From: an uncultured Acidobacteriota bacterium
GTDB taxonomy: Bacteria > Acidobacteriota > Blastocatellia > RBC074
NCBI GenBank assembly: GCA_963796275.1
Contig: CAWCKY010000001.1
Coordinates: forward strand, 192,001 to 256,000
DNA: 64,000 nucleotides
Direction: 5' to 3'
The translations under genes and the position numbers were made by a program. Shown one piece after another: positions 60,401-64,000 of the stretch. How positions within the stretch are numbered: position 1 is the first letter of the stretch; the number at the start of each line of letters is the position of its first letter. The notes beneath the pieces were generated by a model, which had not been told where the DNA came from, did no database searches, and worked only from the letters and a program-made list of their open reading frames with translations.

Positions 60401-61472
60401 ATGAGAATTGCGCAAGTCGCTCCTTTATTCGAGAGTGTTCCCCCGATGCTTTATGGGGGAACTGAGAGAATCGTATCTTACCTGACAGAAGAGCTCGTGC
60501 GGTTGGGTCACGAAGTGACTCTGTTCGCCAGCGGCGACTCGGAGACGAACGCGAAGCTGGTGGCAGCATGCCCGGCGGGCGTTATGGCGTGATACCGATT
60601 GCAGAGAGTCATTGCCCCATCACGTCCGCCTGATGGAGTTGGTTTTCCAGGACATCTCACGCTTCGACGCCATCCATTTCCATTGCGACTATCTGCACTA
60701 TCCGATGCTTCGGCGACATCCGTGCCCGAATGTGACAACTCTGCACGGGCAGTTGCACCTTCCCGATATAAAACCTTTGTTTGCGGAATATCCTCAACTG
60801 CCGCATGTCTCCATCTCCAATCATCAGCGCCGTCCGATCCCGGATGCTAATTGGAAGGCTACTGTCTATCACGGGCTTCCCCTCGACCTATATAGCTACC
60901 GGGAAAAATCCGGCAATTACCTGGCCTTTCTCGGTCGCTTTTCTCCCGAGAAGCGGGTAGACCGGGCAATCGAGGTCGCTCGGCGTACCGGGATGAAATT
61001 GAAGATTGCCGCCAAGATCTATCCGGAAGAGCGCAGTTATTTCCAGGATGCCATTAAACCGTTGTTGCGGGATTCCCAGTCATGGGTTGAGTTCATCGGC
61101 GAGGTCGGTGATCAAGAAAAGTATGAGTTTTTGAGTAACGCTCTTGCGCTGCTCTTCCCGATTGACTGGCCTGAGCCGTTTGGGCTGGTGATGATCGAAG
61201 CCATGGCGTGCGGAACTCCGGTCGTCGGATGGCGCAAGGGTGCTGTGCCCGAAGTTATCACGGACGGTGTTACAGGCTTCGTGGTAGACAGCATCGAGGA
61301 AGCTGTGCGGGCAGTCGAGCGAGTTCCAGGCCTGAGCCGCAGAGCATGCCGCCAGGTGTTTGAGGAACGCTTCGATGCCGTGCGTATGGCCCAGGAATAC
61401 GTCGAGGTTTACCGGAGGCTGGAACCGGCCGGACTGAAACCGGCGATGCTTTTTAACGCCTCCACGGGATAA
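60401..61472 (+). CDS. Glycosyltransferase family 4, frameshifted near 60574
   Basis: MRIAQVAPLFESVPPMLYGGTER, FLGRFSPEK and WPEPFGLVMIEAMACGTPV; removing one G gives ACPRALWRD. Confidence 0.9.
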
Positions 61473-61574
61473 TCTATTTAATTCCGCTTTCCGATCCCGC
61501 CATAGATAGGAGGCCGGCATCCAGGGGGACGGTATATTTATAGATTATTCAAGCTCGCAAAGAAGCTCGCTTTT

Positions 61575-63797
61575 ATGACTGACTCGAATACGAATAGCAT
61601 AAAAGATAACCGCACGAGGAATGTATCTGAGATGTCAAAGATCCCTGATGAGGGCAGCCATTATCATATCCTGGCGGCGTCAAGCCCCGCGGACGAACGG
61701 ACCCGCGTGCTCAAGCACGGAGAGACGTTTGCGGTCTTCGATCATTACGGCGACATCAAGCCAGGTGGGTTGGGGGAGGAGGGGCTTTACCACGGAGGCA
61801 CGCGCTTCCTTTCTTGCTTTCTGCTGGATTTGGAAGGCAGACGCCCATTCTTTCTGAGTTCCACGGTCCGGGATGAAAATGACCAGCTGGCCGTCGCTCT
61901 CACCAATCCAGACCTGCTCCAGGATGATCAGGTAAGGCTTCCGTTGGGCGCGCTCCAACTTTCGTTGAGGAAGTTTCTCTGGAGAGGCGTCTGCTACCAG
62001 CAATTGCGCGTCAAGAATTATGCACTGAAGGCGGTGGAAACATCGCTCTCCTTATATTTTGAGGCCGATTTCGCGGACATTTTTGAAGTGCGAGGAATGA
62101 AGCGCCAGAGCCGCGGCCAGGATCTGGCTTCTGAAGTCACAGGCGACCGGGTGATCCTGCGCTACCGGGGATTAGACAACATCGTGCGGCGCACGCGCCT
62201 TGATTTCTATAAGCCGCCGTCATCGCTCTCGGCTACCACGGCCCGGTTCGACCTGTCGCTTCAACCTCAGCAGGAGACCGTCTTCACAATGGCTATCGCT
62301 TGCGAACGAGCTCCGGCGGCTCCGGTTATACTCGGCTTTGATGATGCGCGCACCCAGGCCCAGGCAGATCTGGAACGATACAACGCGTGGTCCTGCCACA
62401 TTCGAACGTCGAATGGACAGATCAACGCATGGATCAATCGGGCGGTCTCCGATCTCCACATGCTGACCACCGAGCTTCCCACCGGCCCTTACCCATATGC
62501 AGGCATACCGTGGTTCAACACTCCATTCGGCCGCGATGGAATCATCACCGCATTCGAATCGCTATGGCTCCGGCCCGCTCTGGCCCGCGGCGTGCTGGCT
62601 TATCTGGCAGAAGTGCAGGCCACAGAAGTGATTCCGGAGCAGGATGCCGAGCCGGGAAAGATACTGCACGAAACCCGCAGCGGCGAGATGGCTATACTGA
62701 AGGAGATACCATTCGGCCGCTATTACGGTAGCGTCGATTCGACGCCGCTCTTCGTCCTGCTCGCGGGCTCATACTACGAGCGGACCGGCGACCTGGGGTT
62801 CGCTGAATCGATCTGGCCCGGTGTGGAAGCGGCACTGGATTGGATCGACCGTTATGGGGATCGGGATAAAGATGGTTTTGTGAAGTACCAGCAGCAGTCG
62901 AGCGACGGTCTGCTTCATCAGGGATGGAAGGATTCCGACGATGCCATCTTCCACGCGGATGCCTCTTCAGCCAGCGGCCCCATTGCTCTGTGCGAAGTGC
63001 AGGGCTATGTCTACGCGGCCAGAAAGGCCGGGGCGGTATTGGCCGCGGCTCTGGGGTTGAGCCAGCGGTCGATTGAACTGGAGCGGCAGGCTGAGAGGCT
63101 GCGGGAACGGTTTGAGCAGTACTTCTGGTGCGATGAGTTGTCTACCTATGTGCTGGCTTTGGACGGGGAGAATCAGCCCTGCCGGGTGCGCTCGTCAAAC
63201 GCCGGACAGTGTCTGTTCACGGGCATCGCCAGCCAGGACCGCGCTCAGCGATTAGCCCGGACATTGATCAAGCCCGAGTCTTTTTCCGGATGGGGGATCA
63301 GGACCCTCGCCGCCAACGAGCCGCGCTATAACCCGATGGGCTATCACACCGGGTCGGTCTGGCCACACGATAATGCCTTGATAGCCCTGGGACTTTCGCG
63401 TTATGGCCTTGGCGAGAAGGCGCTACAGATTCTGACGGGTTTGTTCGAAGCGAGCCTCTACTTCGACTTACACAGGATGCCGGAACTATTCTGCGGCTTC
63501 ACACGACAACCTGGGGAAGGGCCTGTTCTCTACCCGGTGGCCTGTGCGCCGCAGGCCTGGTCAGCGGCCTCCGTGTTCCTCTTATTTCAAGCCTGTCTCG
63601 GTCTGAGAATAAGTGGCCCTGACTCGCAAATCTCTTTCACCCGCCCGTGCCTGCCCGCCTCGTTGAACGAATTGCGAATACATAATCTTGAGGTCGCTGG
63701 ATCGTCTGTCGACCTGTTGTTGGTGCGCCACGAGTACGACGTAGGGGTTAACGTACTGCGCCGCGAGGGAGACGTCAGGATCATAGTGATTAAATGA
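61575..63797 (+). CDS. Amylo-alpha-1,6-glucosidase / glycogen-debranching-like glycoside hydrolase
   Basis: AGIPWFNTPFGRD, PGKILHE, YYGSVDSTPLF, QGWKDS, EVQGY, YHTGSVWPHDN and PELFCG. Confidence 0.9.
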   Translation: MTDSNTNSIKDNRTRNVSEMSKIPDEGSHYHILAASSPADERTRVLKHGETFAVFDHYGDIKPGGLGEEGLYHGGTRFLSCFLLDLEGRRPFFLSSTVRDENDQLAVALTNPDLLQDDQVRLPLGALQLSLRKFLWRGVCYQQLRVKNYALKAVETSLSLYFEADFADIFEVRGMKRQSRGQDLASEVTGDRVILRYRGLDNIVRRTRLDFYKPPSSLSATTARFDLSLQPQQETVFTMAIACERAPAAPVILGFDDARTQAQADLERYNAWSCHIRTSNGQINAWINRAVSDLHMLTTELPTGPYPYAGIPWFNTPFGRDGIITAFESLWLRPALARGVLAYLAEVQATEVIPEQDAEPGKILHETRSGEMAILKEIPFGRYYGSVDSTPLFVLLAGSYYERTGDLGFAESIWPGVEAALDWIDRYGDRDKDGFVKYQQQSSDGLLHQGWKDSDDAIFHADASSASGPIALCEVQGYVYAARKAGAVLAAALGLSQRSIELERQAERLRERFEQYFWCDELSTYVLALDGENQPCRVRSSNAGQCLFTGIASQDRAQRLARTLIKPESFSGWGIRTLAANEPRYNPMGYHTGSVWPHDNALIALGLSRYGLGEKALQILTGLFEASLYFDLHRMPELFCGFTRQPGEGPVLYPVACAPQAWSAASVFLLFQACLGLRISGPDSQISFTRPCLPASLNELRIHNLEVAGSSVDLLLVRHEYDVGVNVLRREGDVRIIVIK

Positions 63798-64000
63798 GCG
63801 AAGATTGCTTGATGTCTTGGTGACGCAAAGGTCCAGAGGGATTTTTTTAAAGGACCAGAATTGAAGGGCCCACTAATGCCCCTATCTGCTGCCTCACTGA
63901 AAGAATTATCTTGAAGGTTCGATCTCATTTCGGTGAAGGATGCGAAAGCGGAATTTCACCGGAATATCTATCGAGTATCTTCGATCGATTCGCCCGCGTG

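Overview
Bacterial window that reads like Acidobacteriota (probably Blastocatellia-like, an inference from the Oar-type TonB receptor, the DUF1549/1553/1501 and DUF1592/1552 clusters, the many Tat proteins and the ECF-CHAT pair). It holds about 45 CDS. I found no rRNA, tRNA or CRISPR array. At least nine single-base frameshifts split otherwise intact genes, probably long-read errors. The main candidate system is an AT-richer island at about 24.4-34.3 kb. It encodes an ECF-type sigma factor, a 1.2-kaa protein (anti-sigma-like N-terminus, TM helix, TPRs, CHAT caspase-like protease with His/Cys retained) and two paralogous unknown proteins that end in a variable linker plus a conserved PTGGxDPxCPAV tail. 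An identically spaced TGAAATTTTT-N10-TGWCATATAT motif lies before the CHAT gene and again after it. Both paralogs are followed by a conserved ~85-nt hairpin. Paralog 2 carries a Tat leader homologous to that of the neighbouring aminotransferase. Other notable points: four KdpE-like boxes in front of a glycosyltransferase/glycoside hydrolase operon, a largely exported PLP-lyase/RidA/amidohydrolase/lactonase/TonB locus, a DksA-finger-PP2C fusion, LytTR boxes and several REP/BIME-like repeats. Family calls come from motif recognition only; no database searches were run.
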